Shown here: piece by piece, positions 27,875 through 37,933 of the stretch
Numbering within the stretch: the first letter of the stretch is position 1
Layout: each line of letters begins with the position of its first letter
Assembly: GCA_017991415.1 (NCBI GenBank)
Contig: JAGOQR010000001.1
Coordinates: forward strand, 212,490-276,489
From: Candidatus Magasanikiibacteriota bacterium
GTDB taxonomy: Bacteria; Patescibacteriota; Patescibacteriia; Magasanikbacterales; GWA2-37-8
Length of the DNA: 64,000 bases
Reading direction: 5' to 3'
Notes under the pieces: model-generated
The model's input: the letters and a program-made list of their open reading frames with translations, nothing else
Database searches by the model: none
Told to the model about the DNA's origin: nothing
Position numbers and translations under genes: made by a program

Positions 27875-29803
27875 TTAATAAATCACCAGAGCAGTATTAC
27901 CAATATAAGCCCAAAGACTTTTGAAACTAGAAACACTAATTGTTCTTGGTCCGCGCCAAGGATCGTTAACAATGATTGAAGTTGGATTTTCCACATTTCC
28001 AACAAAACCTTTTACTACTACAGAATGCATCCCATGATACCCTGTAGCACCTGAGTCCAATACAAATTTACCTGATGAGCTGAGCTGATTGTGCCCCCAA
28101 ATTATTACTGGATTACCTCTCTGTACTTCTTTTACAAGATCCACCACATTCCAATTTCTTTTTAAGGACACGCTGCGATAGTTATCTATAAAATTAGATA
28201 TTGGCCCCCAATGTACCCCATACCCTTCCACCCAATTTACATTTGGATCTCCGCCTTCACCAATAGCAGCTTTGATGGAATTTTCCGAACGAACGGTGTC
28301 TCGATATGCGAGCACCATTCGGGTGGCCGCAATATTACAAGTAAAGGTTTCGCTTTGGTAATACATTGGAATATTTAAAGAAAAAACTTTATCTTTTGTA
28401 GTAAATGAATAATTATAATCTTTTTCTGAGTCTAGTCCATATACAGTTTTGATGCCTTTTTTTAATTTTATAGTATATTTTGTTGAATTATCCAAAGAAC
28501 GACTTAAGGAATATATCATTTTATTGCCATCCCAAGAAAAAGATCCAGAAATATTTGGAGAAATAGAAAAAGAGTTTTGCGCTGACTCATGTTCCACCTC
28601 CTGATCAAACTCAATTATTACTCTGGATAAATCGAGTGGTAAACCATACGAAGCATTTTTGGGATACACTGACAAAATAGCAACTGCTCCTGCGGGGCTA
28701 AAATGCAATTCTATATCTTGATCAGTTTTGCCACCATATTTATTTTCCATGCCACTCAAAAATTTGATGGTATAGTCAGCACCTTTTCTAAATTCAGCAT
28801 CTGGTAAAAAAATAAAAGTTTTTTCATCTTCCCATTGTATTGTACCAACAGTTGCAGGATTCAAGGAAAATTTTTCGGCTACACTCGCAGGGTTCATCGC
28901 TTCAGAAAAAACTATTTTTATAGGGCTATCCGCTCGCATACCACTCCCTTCTTGATCGTATAATTTAACAAAAGGTGGAGCTACAGTTTTAAAGGTAATT
29001 TTCTGAATAAACTCTAAATCACCCTTTGTAGTATCGGAAAAATCACTCACTCGATAAGAGCGTGCAGCTCTAGAAATTGATAGACTGTACTCACGATCTT
29101 GCAGAAGCGGTTTAGAGAATATTAATTTATTTTTAGTATTGTCTGTTTTGTCGACCGTAAAATTAATTGGCGGACTTATCTCGTAGACCCAATCTACAAA
29201 TTCTCCGCTCGGCGCATCAAATGTTATTTCAAAAGAATCTTTTATACTAACATTTTCTTGACCATCTTTTGGGTAAATTTCTTTAATGTTAGGAAGATTG
29301 GGAGAAAAAAACTCGATAGATTGTTCGTGTGTTGTGCCGCCAGGGAACAATCTTTTTAACCCCACCACATATACTACAATTTTAGTTTCGGGATAAAAAG
29401 ATTCTTTGGGAATAAAAGTCGCCCTATCTGCATATCCTCCAGAAAAAAATGGTAACGCATTGTCAAAAACCCATTCACCGTCAACTTCAGGAGACATATG
29501 CAACGATACATCCTCTGGGTTAATAGGGGCTGTAAAAGATACCTCAATTGGCTGGTGCGCCTCTACAAGATACCCATCTTCGGGCAAAGTTTCCAAACGA
29601 GCAAATGGCCTTGAAAACAGGGCAATAAAAGATAGCAATAAAATCAAAATAACGACAACCGCATCTAATAGAATCAACAAACGATAGTACCTTGCTTTTT
29701 TAAAAATAAAAAACGCCGAGACGGCCAATATTAAAACACCAACAAGAACTATCAAGATACGCATATTAAAATCTAGTATGCCAAAAATTAGGGATGCGTC
29801 CAT
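27875..29803 (-). CDS. membrane-anchored surface protein with Ig-like repeats and C-terminal peptidase C39-like domain
   Basis: 642 aa. N-terminal TM, repeated beta-rich roughly 100-aa modules, and a C-terminal segment with Cys/His (FTCNIAATRMVLAY...GYHGMHSVVV) resembling C39-like/BtrH-type cysteine peptidase folds. Confidence 0.4.
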   Translation of the reverse strand: MDASLIFGILDFNMRILIVLVGVLILAVSAFFIFKKARYYRLLILLDAVVVILILLLSFIALFSRPFARLETLPEDGYLVEAHQPIEVSFTAPINPEDVSLHMSPEVDGEWVFDNALPFFSGGYADRATFIPKESFYPETKIVVYVVGLKRLFPGGTTHEQSIEFFSPNLPNIKEIYPKDGQENVSIKDSFEITFDAPSGEFVDWVYEISPPINFTVDKTDNTKNKLIFSKPLLQDREYSLSISRAARSYRVSDFSDTTKGDLEFIQKITFKTVAPPFVKLYDQEGSGMRADSPIKIVFSEAMNPASVAEKFSLNPATVGTIQWEDEKTFIFLPDAEFRKGADYTIKFLSGMENKYGGKTDQDIELHFSPAGAVAILSVYPKNASYGLPLDLSRVIIEFDQEVEHESAQNSFSISPNISGSFSWDGNKMIYSLSRSLDNSTKYTIKLKKGIKTVYGLDSEKDYNYSFTTKDKVFSLNIPMYYQSETFTCNIAATRMVLAYRDTVRSENSIKAAIGEGGDPNVNWVEGYGVHWGPISNFIDNYRSVSLKRNWNVVDLVKEVQRGNPVIIWGHNQLSSSGKFVLDSGATGYHGMHSVVVKGFVGNVENPTSIIVNDPWRGPRTISVSSFKSLWAYIGNTALVIY

Positions 29804-31335
29804 ATGTTATATATACTTTCTAAATTTTTATATAGTACTGGGCCGCTATCTCTGGAATGCAAATAACCATCTGTATAATTAAACAGGGTATCAACTTTTG
29901 CTTCATCGAGGTGGAACCAATCTGGATGAGTTAAAAAAACTACAAGAGTTCTTTTTTCAAGCGGCTCGCCCACTGCTCCCCAATTTGCATTAAACCGCTC
30001 TATCATCTGCTCTGGACTATACCAATACGAATCAGCTCCATTATTTGGAAATTCCCATATTTTCATATGTGGCGCCATAGCTGAATTTTGATCTTTCGTA
30101 TTGGGCTGGTATGGCTGCGAAGTAACTGACAAATCCCAGAATCCAGGAATTTTATTTATACCAAAATTATATTTTGTCCTACCAGAAGTATCTAGAGAAA
30201 AACCATTATCTTGCATAACTTGCAACGTAGTCATATCTGCAAACCAGCCACCAGAGCGATAGGTAGTCGGTGTTCCAAAACCCAATTCTCTAAAAATATT
30301 TTTTGACCATTTTACTATTTTATCGAGCTCCTGATACTTAAAATTAGTTACCAAAATATCATAGCCATCATCGTATGGGAAACCCCAGTATACTAAATCA
30401 TACAATTGCTTCTTTTTTAATTTACTTACATCAAATAAAGGCGTCGTGCTTGGCGAACTTGTAGCAGAGGCTCCAGTGGAAGCATAAAATTCCGCTTCAA
30501 GATCAGCGAGATCTTTTTTTGGAATATCTATTTTTGCAGCCTCAAGATTCTCATAAAACATATGCAGATGCAGTCCCAAACTATCATCTTTATTATTTTT
30601 TCTATTCACCAACCAATCTCTTATATAATCTTGCTGCGCTTTCGGAATCGTTTTGGTAATAAATAATCTTGGATTTATAACATGGCTCAGTGGAAGATTG
30701 TCATGCTTCTCAGAAAGAGCGTCTATTTTTTCCAAATACTCTTTTTTTACGTTATACCCTTCCCAATCAAAACTCCAAGCAACGTACAACGGATAAGAAA
30801 TAAAAACATTCTCATACCAGCTCAATGATTCTCCACAGGCAAACTCTACTTTTACATTTGCTTTGTATTTACCAGTAGATAAACTATTTATATTTATTTT
30901 TTCCTCAAACAAAAACTCACCCACATCTACGAGAGAGCTTGTAGCAAAGTAACCAGACACCACATTGTTTGTCAGCTGCTCATTCTCTGTATTGACGAGC
31001 TCATAAAAAATTTTTATGGAATCAAGTCGATCAAAATATCTTTTTGCTTTACTGCCTAGCTTCACTTTTAATATTACATTTTTTTCTTCTTCTTTAAACT
31101 CATCACCAATTAAAATCCATTTTTTATCAGGCTTTACCCAATCAATCAACTGATCTTTATTATTTTCAAAATTATTACAAGACCAGTCCTTAAAAAAACC
31201 ATCTGAATTTTCAGATTTAGTTCTTATAAAGAGAAAAATAAAAAAACTACAAACCAAAAAAAACGTTAGCCCGATTAAGGAATACCAAAATCTTTTAGAT
31301 GTTCTTTCTCTGCCAAATAGTAACCATTTTTTCAT
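29788..31335 (-). CDS. hypothetical membrane-anchored extracytoplasmic protein (possible carbohydrate esterase/deacetylase-like)
   Basis: 515 aa with N-terminal TM. No confident motif. Sits between a surface protein and an acyltransferase-3 gene. Confidence 0.3.
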   Translation of the reverse strand: MKKWLLFGRERTSKRFWYSLIGLTFFLVCSFFIFLFIRTKSENSDGFFKDWSCNNFENNKDQLIDWVKPDKKWILIGDEFKEEEKNVILKVKLGSKAKRYFDRLDSIKIFYELVNTENEQLTNNVVSGYFATSSLVDVGEFLFEEKININSLSTGKYKANVKVEFACGESLSWYENVFISYPLYVAWSFDWEGYNVKKEYLEKIDALSEKHDNLPLSHVINPRLFITKTIPKAQQDYIRDWLVNRKNNKDDSLGLHLHMFYENLEAAKIDIPKKDLADLEAEFYASTGASATSSPSTTPLFDVSKLKKKQLYDLVYWGFPYDDGYDILVTNFKYQELDKIVKWSKNIFRELGFGTPTTYRSGGWFADMTTLQVMQDNGFSLDTSGRTKYNFGINKIPGFWDLSVTSQPYQPNTKDQNSAMAPHMKIWEFPNNGADSYWYSPEQMIERFNANWGAVGEPLEKRTLVVFLTHPDWFHLDEAKVDTLFNYTDGYLHSRDSGPVLYKNLESIYNIWTHP

Positions 31336-32335
31336 ATGAGTAGGCTGCCAGTGAAATGCTTATTATAATTAAACATTGTATAAACCAGACTGTTTCTGCT
31401 GCAAACAGTGCGTGATTTAGAAAACGAGATAAACCTAAGATTACAATCACATTAATCAAAAAAATAAACAGCGCTTTTTTACCTAAAAAGATAAAATACC
31501 TGTTTAGGATATTTACTTTGCTGATATATTTGTATAGTAATACTACCCCAAAACTATAAATAATTCCATAGAGTAAAAACAAAACAGACGGTGGGAATCT
31601 ATACCACAAAGAAAGTCCCGAAACTCTTAAAAAAACAAATAAAGCTGAGGAAATTATAAACACGAGCAGCGCGAATGATTTACCTGTACTACTTTTTTCT
31701 GCCCCACCCGTAATGAATCCAAGTACAAAAGTGGGAAAATAAGATAAAACTCCATAGCTATGCATATGCCCATTGCCCACCATCAAGGTTTTTAGAGCCG
31801 TTAAAAAACCACCTCTCACGTCTAAACCATAAAGCCAGTTGGCCAAAAAATAAATAGAGAAAGAAATTAAGACAAGTGCTGCTGGCCACTGTCGTATTTT
31901 TTTTAAAACAGGGGAAAAAATTAAAATGAGAATAATATACAGAAAAAATGGAATAATAAACTCCGTAAAGAGAGGTAAATATCCAAAAGTCAAAATAGAA
32001 CCGAATTCACGAGCTGAAATACCGTTAAACAAAAAATAATGACTACACAAAGCTGCCCCATAATATATACAAAGCAAAAGCAATATTCTTTTTACTTGTT
32101 TTTCTACGTTTAATTTTTTATTATCAGATAATTTAAGACCATATATATAGGCAAAACAAAATAAAAAAATACTAAAACTAACGGTCGCTCCCCACCACGT
32201 CAACTTATCTAACATAAAACTAGGATTCTGCGCAAACACCACATTAATATGAGTAATGAGCATAAAAAAGACTGCGCTCCCTCGTAGAAAGTCAATCTTT
32301 GAAGACCGCTGCTCTGTAGATAATTGTAAAGACAT
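31295..32335 (-). CDS. acyltransferase family 3 (OatA/OpgC-like) membrane protein
   Basis: 346 aa, 10 TM. N-terminal FLRGSAVFFMLITHI, typical of AT3 O-acyltransferases. Confidence 0.6.
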   Translation of the reverse strand: MSLQLSTEQRSSKIDFLRGSAVFFMLITHINVVFAQNPSFMLDKLTWWGATVSFSIFLFCFAYIYGLKLSDNKKLNVEKQVKRILLLLCIYYGAALCSHYFLFNGISAREFGSILTFGYLPLFTEFIIPFFLYIILILIFSPVLKKIRQWPAALVLISFSIYFLANWLYGLDVRGGFLTALKTLMVGNGHMHSYGVLSYFPTFVLGFITGGAEKSSTGKSFALLVFIISSALFVFLRVSGLSLWYRFPPSVLFLLYGIIYSFGVVLLYKYISKVNILNRYFIFLGKKALFIFLINVIVILGLSRFLNHALFAAETVWFIQCLIIISISLAAYSYEKMVTIWQRKNI

Positions 32336-32352
32336 AGATTATTATTAAAAAT

Positions 32353-32793
32353 CTACTCTAACTTATTGCGTTTTACTGCGAGCTTGATGATTTTTTCGAG
32401 CTCTTTTTTGTCGATATCAGAAAGTTTATTAATATAGAGACATCCGCCCCCTTCTTTGTATTTACCTAATTTCAACAGAAAATTATTTTCCTTTCTATTT
32501 TCTTTTAGACCACCTGCCGTCATCTTGAAAATCTTGAGGCCGTAGAGGGCAATATTTTGTTTACGAGGAGAAAAACCTATCATCATCCATTCTGCTTCTT
32601 TGCCATTTGCATACACATATTTCTTCCGACCAAAACCAACAATTGATACGCCCCACATTTCTGGCTTAGATTTTGCCACCTTCTCCATTATTTCTGAAAT
32701 AACAAAACAATCATCACGTTTCTGCTCATCTTTAGTTGCGTTCAAAAACTTCTCCACACTCCCTTTGTTTACTTTTGTTTTTAATTCTGCCAT
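32353..32793 (-). CDS. DUF1801-domain protein (YdhG-like)
   Basis: 146 aa, soluble. Confidence 0.45.
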   Translation of the reverse strand: MAELKTKVNKGSVEKFLNATKDEQKRDDCFVISEIMEKVAKSKPEMWGVSIVGFGRKKYVYANGKEAEWMMIGFSPRKQNIALYGLKIFKMTAGGLKENRKENNFLLKLGKYKEGGGCLYINKLSDIDKKELEKIIKLAVKRNKLE

Positions 32794-32873
32794 AAATTCT
32801 AAAATAAAGTTTTATTCTATAATCAAACATAAAGAATTTTGCTAGATCAGAAGATCTATCTTGACGCCATACT

Positions 32874-33323
32874 TTACACAAAAAGACTAGTCATCAGCGC
32901 AATAAGCAGAATAGTCACTAAATTTGAAAAAATATCCGAGAAAAATTTCTTCCAGGCAATGCTTCGGTCACAATTACTCCAAAGAATGGATGTGCCAATA
33001 GATGGTACCGCAAAACAAAGCCAACTTAATATTGGAAATCCAATAGCCATTGTTACGGACACACCATTACGAACACTTTCGGTCACAACAAAAACCACAA
33101 ACAGCGAGGTAAGTAGTGATAGCGCCATCTGAGCAGCGTACATTTTAAACATCTGCGGCTTTGCTTCTTCCGTTTTTTTCATCTGCTCTTCTTTTGTCAG
33201 TTTATCAAAACCAAGGTATTGCATGTGAATTTTTCCCATTGGCGTGGCATTAGAATACCATAGGGTACCGACAACTGCGGCAATAACTGTTCCGACGAGA
33301 GCGAGCACAAGTGTTGTGATCAT
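32874..33323 (-). CDS. DUF1761-like small membrane protein
   Basis: 149 aa, 4 TM. Confidence 0.4.
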   Translation of the reverse strand: MITTLVLALVGTVIAAVVGTLWYSNATPMGKIHMQYLGFDKLTKEEQMKKTEEAKPQMFKMYAAQMALSLLTSLFVVFVVTESVRNGVSVTMAIGFPILSWLCFAVPSIGTSILWSNCDRSIAWKKFFSDIFSNLVTILLIALMTSLFV

Positions 33324-33347
33324 ATTTCGAAATTAAAAGTTAAAATT

Positions 33348-33779
33348 TTATTTATTATTTTTTAGGTCAAATTCTACTACCCACTCAATACCAAATTGAT
33401 CTCTAAAGCCTCCGTAGTACGAACCCCAAGGGCTGTCACCCATAGGATACTCAATCACTCCCCCTACAGAAAGGCCAGTAAATAACTTATCAGCTTCTTC
33501 ACGACTTTCTGCGCTAACAGATATCTTAGACCTGTTTTCATTTTCACTTACTCGCCCCATAAACTCTGGAACGTCATTGGCCATTAAAATGTTTTGACCG
33601 ATTGACAAGCCAATAAATAGTATTGTATTTGCATCTTTTTCTGCAACGGGAAACTCAGGACTCGATATATCCTTGAGACGAATAATCTTTGTAAACTCTC
33701 CACCAAAGACTGATTTGTAAAAATTGAATGCTTCTTCGGCATTTCCATTGAAATTAATATGCGGATTAATGCGTGCCAT
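33348..33779 (-). CDS. VOC/glyoxalase-fold protein (PhnB-like)
   Basis: 143 aa of the 3-demethylubiquinone-9 methyltransferase/PhnB type of the glyoxalase fold. Confidence 0.5.
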   Translation of the reverse strand: MARINPHINFNGNAEEAFNFYKSVFGGEFTKIIRLKDISSPEFPVAEKDANTILFIGLSIGQNILMANDVPEFMGRVSENENRSKISVSAESREEADKLFTGLSVGGVIEYPMGDSPWGSYYGGFRDQFGIEWVVEFDLKNNK

Positions 33780-33854
33780 AATTTTTTATAAGTAAATTAA
33801 CAGTAATAACTGTAGCATACTGTTGGAATTTCGCCCAGAGGTTAACAAAAAACG

Positions 33855-33916
33855 AGGCTAGGGGTAGCCGCGTTTTTTAGGTGCTCTGTTTGTGAGATAA
33901 GGTTGGAACTTTTTTG
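33855..33916. repeat. copy of the tRNA-Asn-flank-derived intergenic repeat (hairpin plus GTGCTCTGTTTGTGAGATAAGGTTGGAACTTTTTT)
   Basis: Aligns to the consensus GTGCTCCGTTTGTGGAACGATGTTAGAAnTTTT and is preceded by a GGCTAGGGGTAGCC hairpin. Lies 3' of the GLUG surface-protein gene. Confidence 0.5.
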
Positions 33917-33961
33917 GCTAAAAAAGCTCTTGTCTTTAACATTATATTCTTAAATAGAATC

Positions 33962-36955
33962 TTACCTATTTTTACTAACTATTTTTTTAGTCAGTGACCC
34001 AAAATATCCGTCTGCTGGCAATATATTATAATATTTTTGAAAATTTATAAGAGCTTTTTTTGTACCTGAACCAAAATATATTGTTTCTTGCCCTTTTGAA
34101 CCGTAACCCAATTCCTCGACGACAAAACCCTTGTTATTCAACAATACTTGTAATTGTTTTACATCCTCACCGCGCATTCCTTGTTTTAAATTTCTAGCAA
34201 ACACAAAAGTGCTTTTATCCGATTGCACAGTACAGCCTATATGCTTTCGAACAGTACCATCAAAATTACCATAACTAGCAGTATTAACTTTTTGAGTTTT
34301 TTGCATTTGCATTACAGCTTGTTTTGTTTTTACACCAAAATAATCTGATTCATTTCCAATAGAACCATGCCCTGATTGCGAAACTATAAAACCATTTTTG
34401 TTTAAATATTTTTGCAACTGCCTTACATCTTCACCCGACATACCTATCTTTAGATCACGCGTAAATAAAATTGAACATACATTATCTATATTTTCTCCAG
34501 AAACGCTCTTCTCCCTATCTAACAGGGAAGAGACTGTAATCTCAACACGATTTATCCAAATATCCGCAAACACTGCTTTAATATCTTTAATACCATCCCC
34601 GTCTAGATCAATTTCAGAACTACTACCTAAATCTAATTCAAATTGTTGCGGCTCAGACGACACTGTAAATAAAACTTTTTTATGCAGCGTATCCAAATTA
34701 TCAATCCTTAGCTCATGATCCTGCATATCATTTGTTTTACTTACCAGAACATTGAACATGGCTTGTGACCCAATATACGCAAGCAAATTAATACCACTAA
34801 AACTTACATTTCCGACTACAGATGATTCATACATGCCGATAGTTTTTTCAGTATTTGCATTTCCTACGGCCGGCGCCACTGCAACTATTGCCGTGCCAGG
34901 TGTAACCGCAGCCTGATCCTGATTTATAACTGAAGGATCGCTCATTATTGTAAAATTCCAAACGCCAGAATTAGAAACTCCCGCGTAACTATTGCCATTT
35001 ATATCATCAAAGGCAGTGGCAGCAATAAAAACATAATAGCTGGCTCCATACGCAAAGGTAGAAGATGGATTTATAACAATTTGCGCAGTGCTCGTTCCTG
35101 TTATTTGTGACGAGGTTACATTTATTGTTTCAAAAATAGAATTATCCTCTGTTTTATAAATAGTAATTGCCCCTGCCTGTGCAGTCACCGCTTCACTAAA
35201 GTTAATAACTAAATCAGCGGTTGTAGTAACGTCCAGTGCATTATCCGACGGAAACACTGAAGAAACTGTTGGGTTTGTTTCGTCCGCAACAGTAAAATTC
35301 CAATACGTTGCAGAACTAATACCAACATATGCATTTCCACTGCTATCACTAAAAGCAGTGGAACTAACAAGAACATAATAACTAGCCTCACTAGCTAAGG
35401 CACTAGAGGGATTAATAATAATAGTCGCGGAACCAGATCCAGTAACTTGCGATGAGCTCGCAACAATTGACTCAAACACGGAACCATCATTATTATAAAT
35501 AGTAATCGAACCAGTTGTTGAAGGAATTACTGCTTCCGAAAAATTCAAAACTAAATTTACCGTACTCGATGTGGTAGTGGCATTATCAACAGGAAAAAAG
35601 GAATTAAGAGATGGGCTGGTAATATCTGCAACACTCTGTGAGCGTAAATACGGATAACCGTTGTTAGTTGACCCATCAATATTCCATATAGCAGCGAAAT
35701 CCCAACCGACAAATGTCGCTTGATCTTTCATTTGAATAGTTGTTTTACCAGTAGCCCCACCTGCACTTGATGATTTACCCGAGGTCTGCGTATCCCAATA
35801 TACACTTGATGTAGTAACTCCCCCTCCAGGATTTGTTCCAAGCAAACCTCCGATTGTAGCACCGGTATTTGTTACAAAACCCACAGAATACACCCTAGCC
35901 AAATTTGTACCCCAAACTGAACCTAAAAATCCACCAGAACTATTTGCACAAGTGACGTTGCCAGTAGCATACGAATCCTGAATATATAAATATTCATTAT
36001 ACCCACCAAAACCACCACACGCAGAAGTGCCGTATACATTTCCAGTAGCATACGAGCTGGATACATGCGTACCTGAGCTTAACGCACCTCCTTGACTAAA
36101 TCCAAAAAAACCACCGTTCCAACTTCCCGACGAGGTTACATTGCCGGTAGCGTAAGAACTGTATACATACGCCTGATAAATATGGCCTACAAAACCACCC
36201 ACACCGTTGTTACCATTTGTATTTCCAGTTGCATAGGAAGAACTTACTACTGCACTGCCAGAAATAGAGCCTGCAAAACCTCCTAAACGCTGGTAACCTG
36301 TTACATTTCCCGTTGCATACGAATCGTAAATTCGACCTGCGCTTACATTCCCGAACAAACCACCCACACCTAACCCATTGCCATAAACTATAGCCGTTGA
36401 ATAAGAAGAGCTTACTGTACCACCAGAGAAAGTACCCATCAAACCTCCTGCTGAATAAGTACTAGACACAACTCCAGTAGAATAATTATTAGTACTAGTT
36501 ACTGTTCCAATCCCTACCATAATACCAGCTGAAGCTGAAGCATGAGAGCTGGTCACATTAGCATTGGTAATCCCTAAATTTTTAATTGTAGCGTTCTGCA
36601 CATACCCAAAAAGGCCGACATATTGCGTGCTGGTAGAAATAAATAAATTTGAAATGACATGTCCATTTCCGTCTAAAGTACCTTGAAATCTTAATGATAC
36701 ATTTCCAATCACTGTCCATCCAAAACCCGTATTGTACGGGCTGGTGTTTAAATCAATATCGCTTGTAAGTATAAAAAATTTACCAGATGAAGATGTTCCG
36801 TTATAATTTGCCACTTCTGCCAAATCCGTAGCATTAGCAATTTGCCAAGGGCTACCAGATGTACCACTACCCCCAGAAAAAGCATGGGCGAGCTGGGGTA
36901 CAAATAACAAAATTCCCCAGATAATTATAGTAAAGTTTAAAACGTTTTTTTTCAT
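33962..36955 (-). CDS. giant secreted surface protein with GLUG-type Gly/Ser/Thr/Tyr repeats, Ig-like domains and two C-terminal peptidoglycan-binding (PG_binding_1) domains
   Basis: 997 aa with a signal peptide. About 20 short repeats (Y/S-ATGNVTG..GG..G) like GLUG motifs. Two Ig-like modules. Two copies of a PGBD-type ...GMSGEDVRQLQKYLNKNGF / ...GMRGEDVKQLQVLLNNKGF motif at the C-terminus. Confidence 0.5.
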   Translation of the reverse strand: MKKNVLNFTIIIWGILLFVPQLAHAFSGGSGTSGSPWQIANATDLAEVANYNGTSSSGKFFILTSDIDLNTSPYNTGFGWTVIGNVSLRFQGTLDGNGHVISNLFISTSTQYVGLFGYVQNATIKNLGITNANVTSSHASASAGIMVGIGTVTSTNNYSTGVVSSTYSAGGLMGTFSGGTVSSSYSTAIVYGNGLGVGGLFGNVSAGRIYDSYATGNVTGYQRLGGFAGSISGSAVVSSSYATGNTNGNNGVGGFVGHIYQAYVYSSYATGNVTSSGSWNGGFFGFSQGGALSSGTHVSSSYATGNVYGTSACGGFGGYNEYLYIQDSYATGNVTCANSSGGFLGSVWGTNLARVYSVGFVTNTGATIGGLLGTNPGGGVTTSSVYWDTQTSGKSSSAGGATGKTTIQMKDQATFVGWDFAAIWNIDGSTNNGYPYLRSQSVADITSPSLNSFFPVDNATTTSSTVNLVLNFSEAVIPSTTGSITIYNNDGSVFESIVASSSQVTGSGSATIIINPSSALASEASYYVLVSSTAFSDSSGNAYVGISSATYWNFTVADETNPTVSSVFPSDNALDVTTTADLVINFSEAVTAQAGAITIYKTEDNSIFETINVTSSQITGTSTAQIVINPSSTFAYGASYYVFIAATAFDDINGNSYAGVSNSGVWNFTIMSDPSVINQDQAAVTPGTAIVAVAPAVGNANTEKTIGMYESSVVGNVSFSGINLLAYIGSQAMFNVLVSKTNDMQDHELRIDNLDTLHKKVLFTVSSEPQQFELDLGSSSEIDLDGDGIKDIKAVFADIWINRVEITVSSLLDREKSVSGENIDNVCSILFTRDLKIGMSGEDVRQLQKYLNKNGFIVSQSGHGSIGNESDYFGVKTKQAVMQMQKTQKVNTASYGNFDGTVRKHIGCTVQSDKSTFVFARNLKQGMRGEDVKQLQVLLNNKGFVVEELGYGSKGQETIYFGSGTKKALINFQKYYNILPADGYFGSLTKKIVSKNR

Positions 36956-37124
36956 AATATAGTACAGACAATCATTTTGACAAAAATATTATACCATATA
37001 ATATTTTTTCTTAAAAATTTAATTAACAAAAAAGCCAACGCACACCTTAAAGGTGCCTACCATAATAGATGATATTTTCTTCATTTTTTACAACCGAGCC
37101 ATATGAATAACAAAAATGGTACGT

Positions 37125-37175
37125 GCAATATCAAAAAAATGTTTGGGATGAGGCAAATTTATAACTTTTATTTTA
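37125..37175. repeat. weak/diverged copy of the intergenic repeat (TGTTTGGGATGAGGCAAATTTATAACTTTT)
   Basis: Shares the TTTG(T)GGGATGAGG core with the copy at 40001-40038. Lies 3' of the CDP-alcohol phosphatidyltransferase gene. Confidence 0.3.
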
Positions 37176-37195
37176 TTTAACATGCTTGATAGGAT

Positions 37196-37873
37196 TTAGA
37201 CCTTATTTTTATCATTCAACTGTTTTGCCACCATATCCATTTCCCATATTTTTTTCTGCTCTTTACCAATAACAATAACGAGCCCTAAAAATGAAAAGGG
37301 CAAAATAAATTGCATACTAAACGCCAGATGGGTTTTGCCCAAAAAAATTAACAATGTGTTAATAACAATAAATACAAGACGAATTTCTGTGGGCCCAATA
37401 CCAAGATGAGCAATACGAAACTTATTTGTTGCGGCCATCACTAAAAAAGAATTAATCATAAAACCGGCAACAAGAGAAAAGATAAAGAAAAATATCCACT
37501 TTGACTTATCAGGCAACAAAATCATATACCCAATCATAATGGAAGCAAGAAAAAAATAATCAAGTAAATGATCCATATAATAGCCCCATCGAATCAAGCC
37601 CGTATTCCTTGCCCGACCGACTGCGCCATCGAGCGAATCGGTGAGCCATTGCATTACAATCATTACTGAGACACCCCAAAGCCAGAAAACATCCTTCACG
37701 GCAAAAAAACTAAAAATAATGATTAGCAAACTAATCGGGATTGTAGCAAGCGTAAGATGGTATGTCTGAATTGAAGCTGGTACTTTTGGCACAGCCCAAA
37801 CGATAAATCTTTGCTCCAAGTTATGTAATAAAGATTTTCCAACTTTTTTATCTCCAGAAAATATAGCATCCAT
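37196..37873 (-). CDS. CDP-alcohol phosphatidyltransferase family protein
   Basis: 225 aa. D-S-L-D-G-x2-G-R...G...D...D motif (DSLDGAVGRARNTGLIRWGYYMDHLLD). Polytopic. Confidence 0.65.
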   Translation of the reverse strand: MDAIFSGDKKVGKSLLHNLEQRFIVWAVPKVPASIQTYHLTLATIPISLLIIIFSFFAVKDVFWLWGVSVMIVMQWLTDSLDGAVGRARNTGLIRWGYYMDHLLDYFFLASIMIGYMILLPDKSKWIFFFIFSLVAGFMINSFLVMAATNKFRIAHLGIGPTEIRLVFIVINTLLIFLGKTHLAFSMQFILPFSFLGLVIVIGKEQKKIWEMDMVAKQLNDKNKV

Positions 37874-37933
37874 AATAATTTCAATTAGTAGTGTGTGATA
37901 AATAAAAAAATTATCTTTACGTAAATCTACCGA

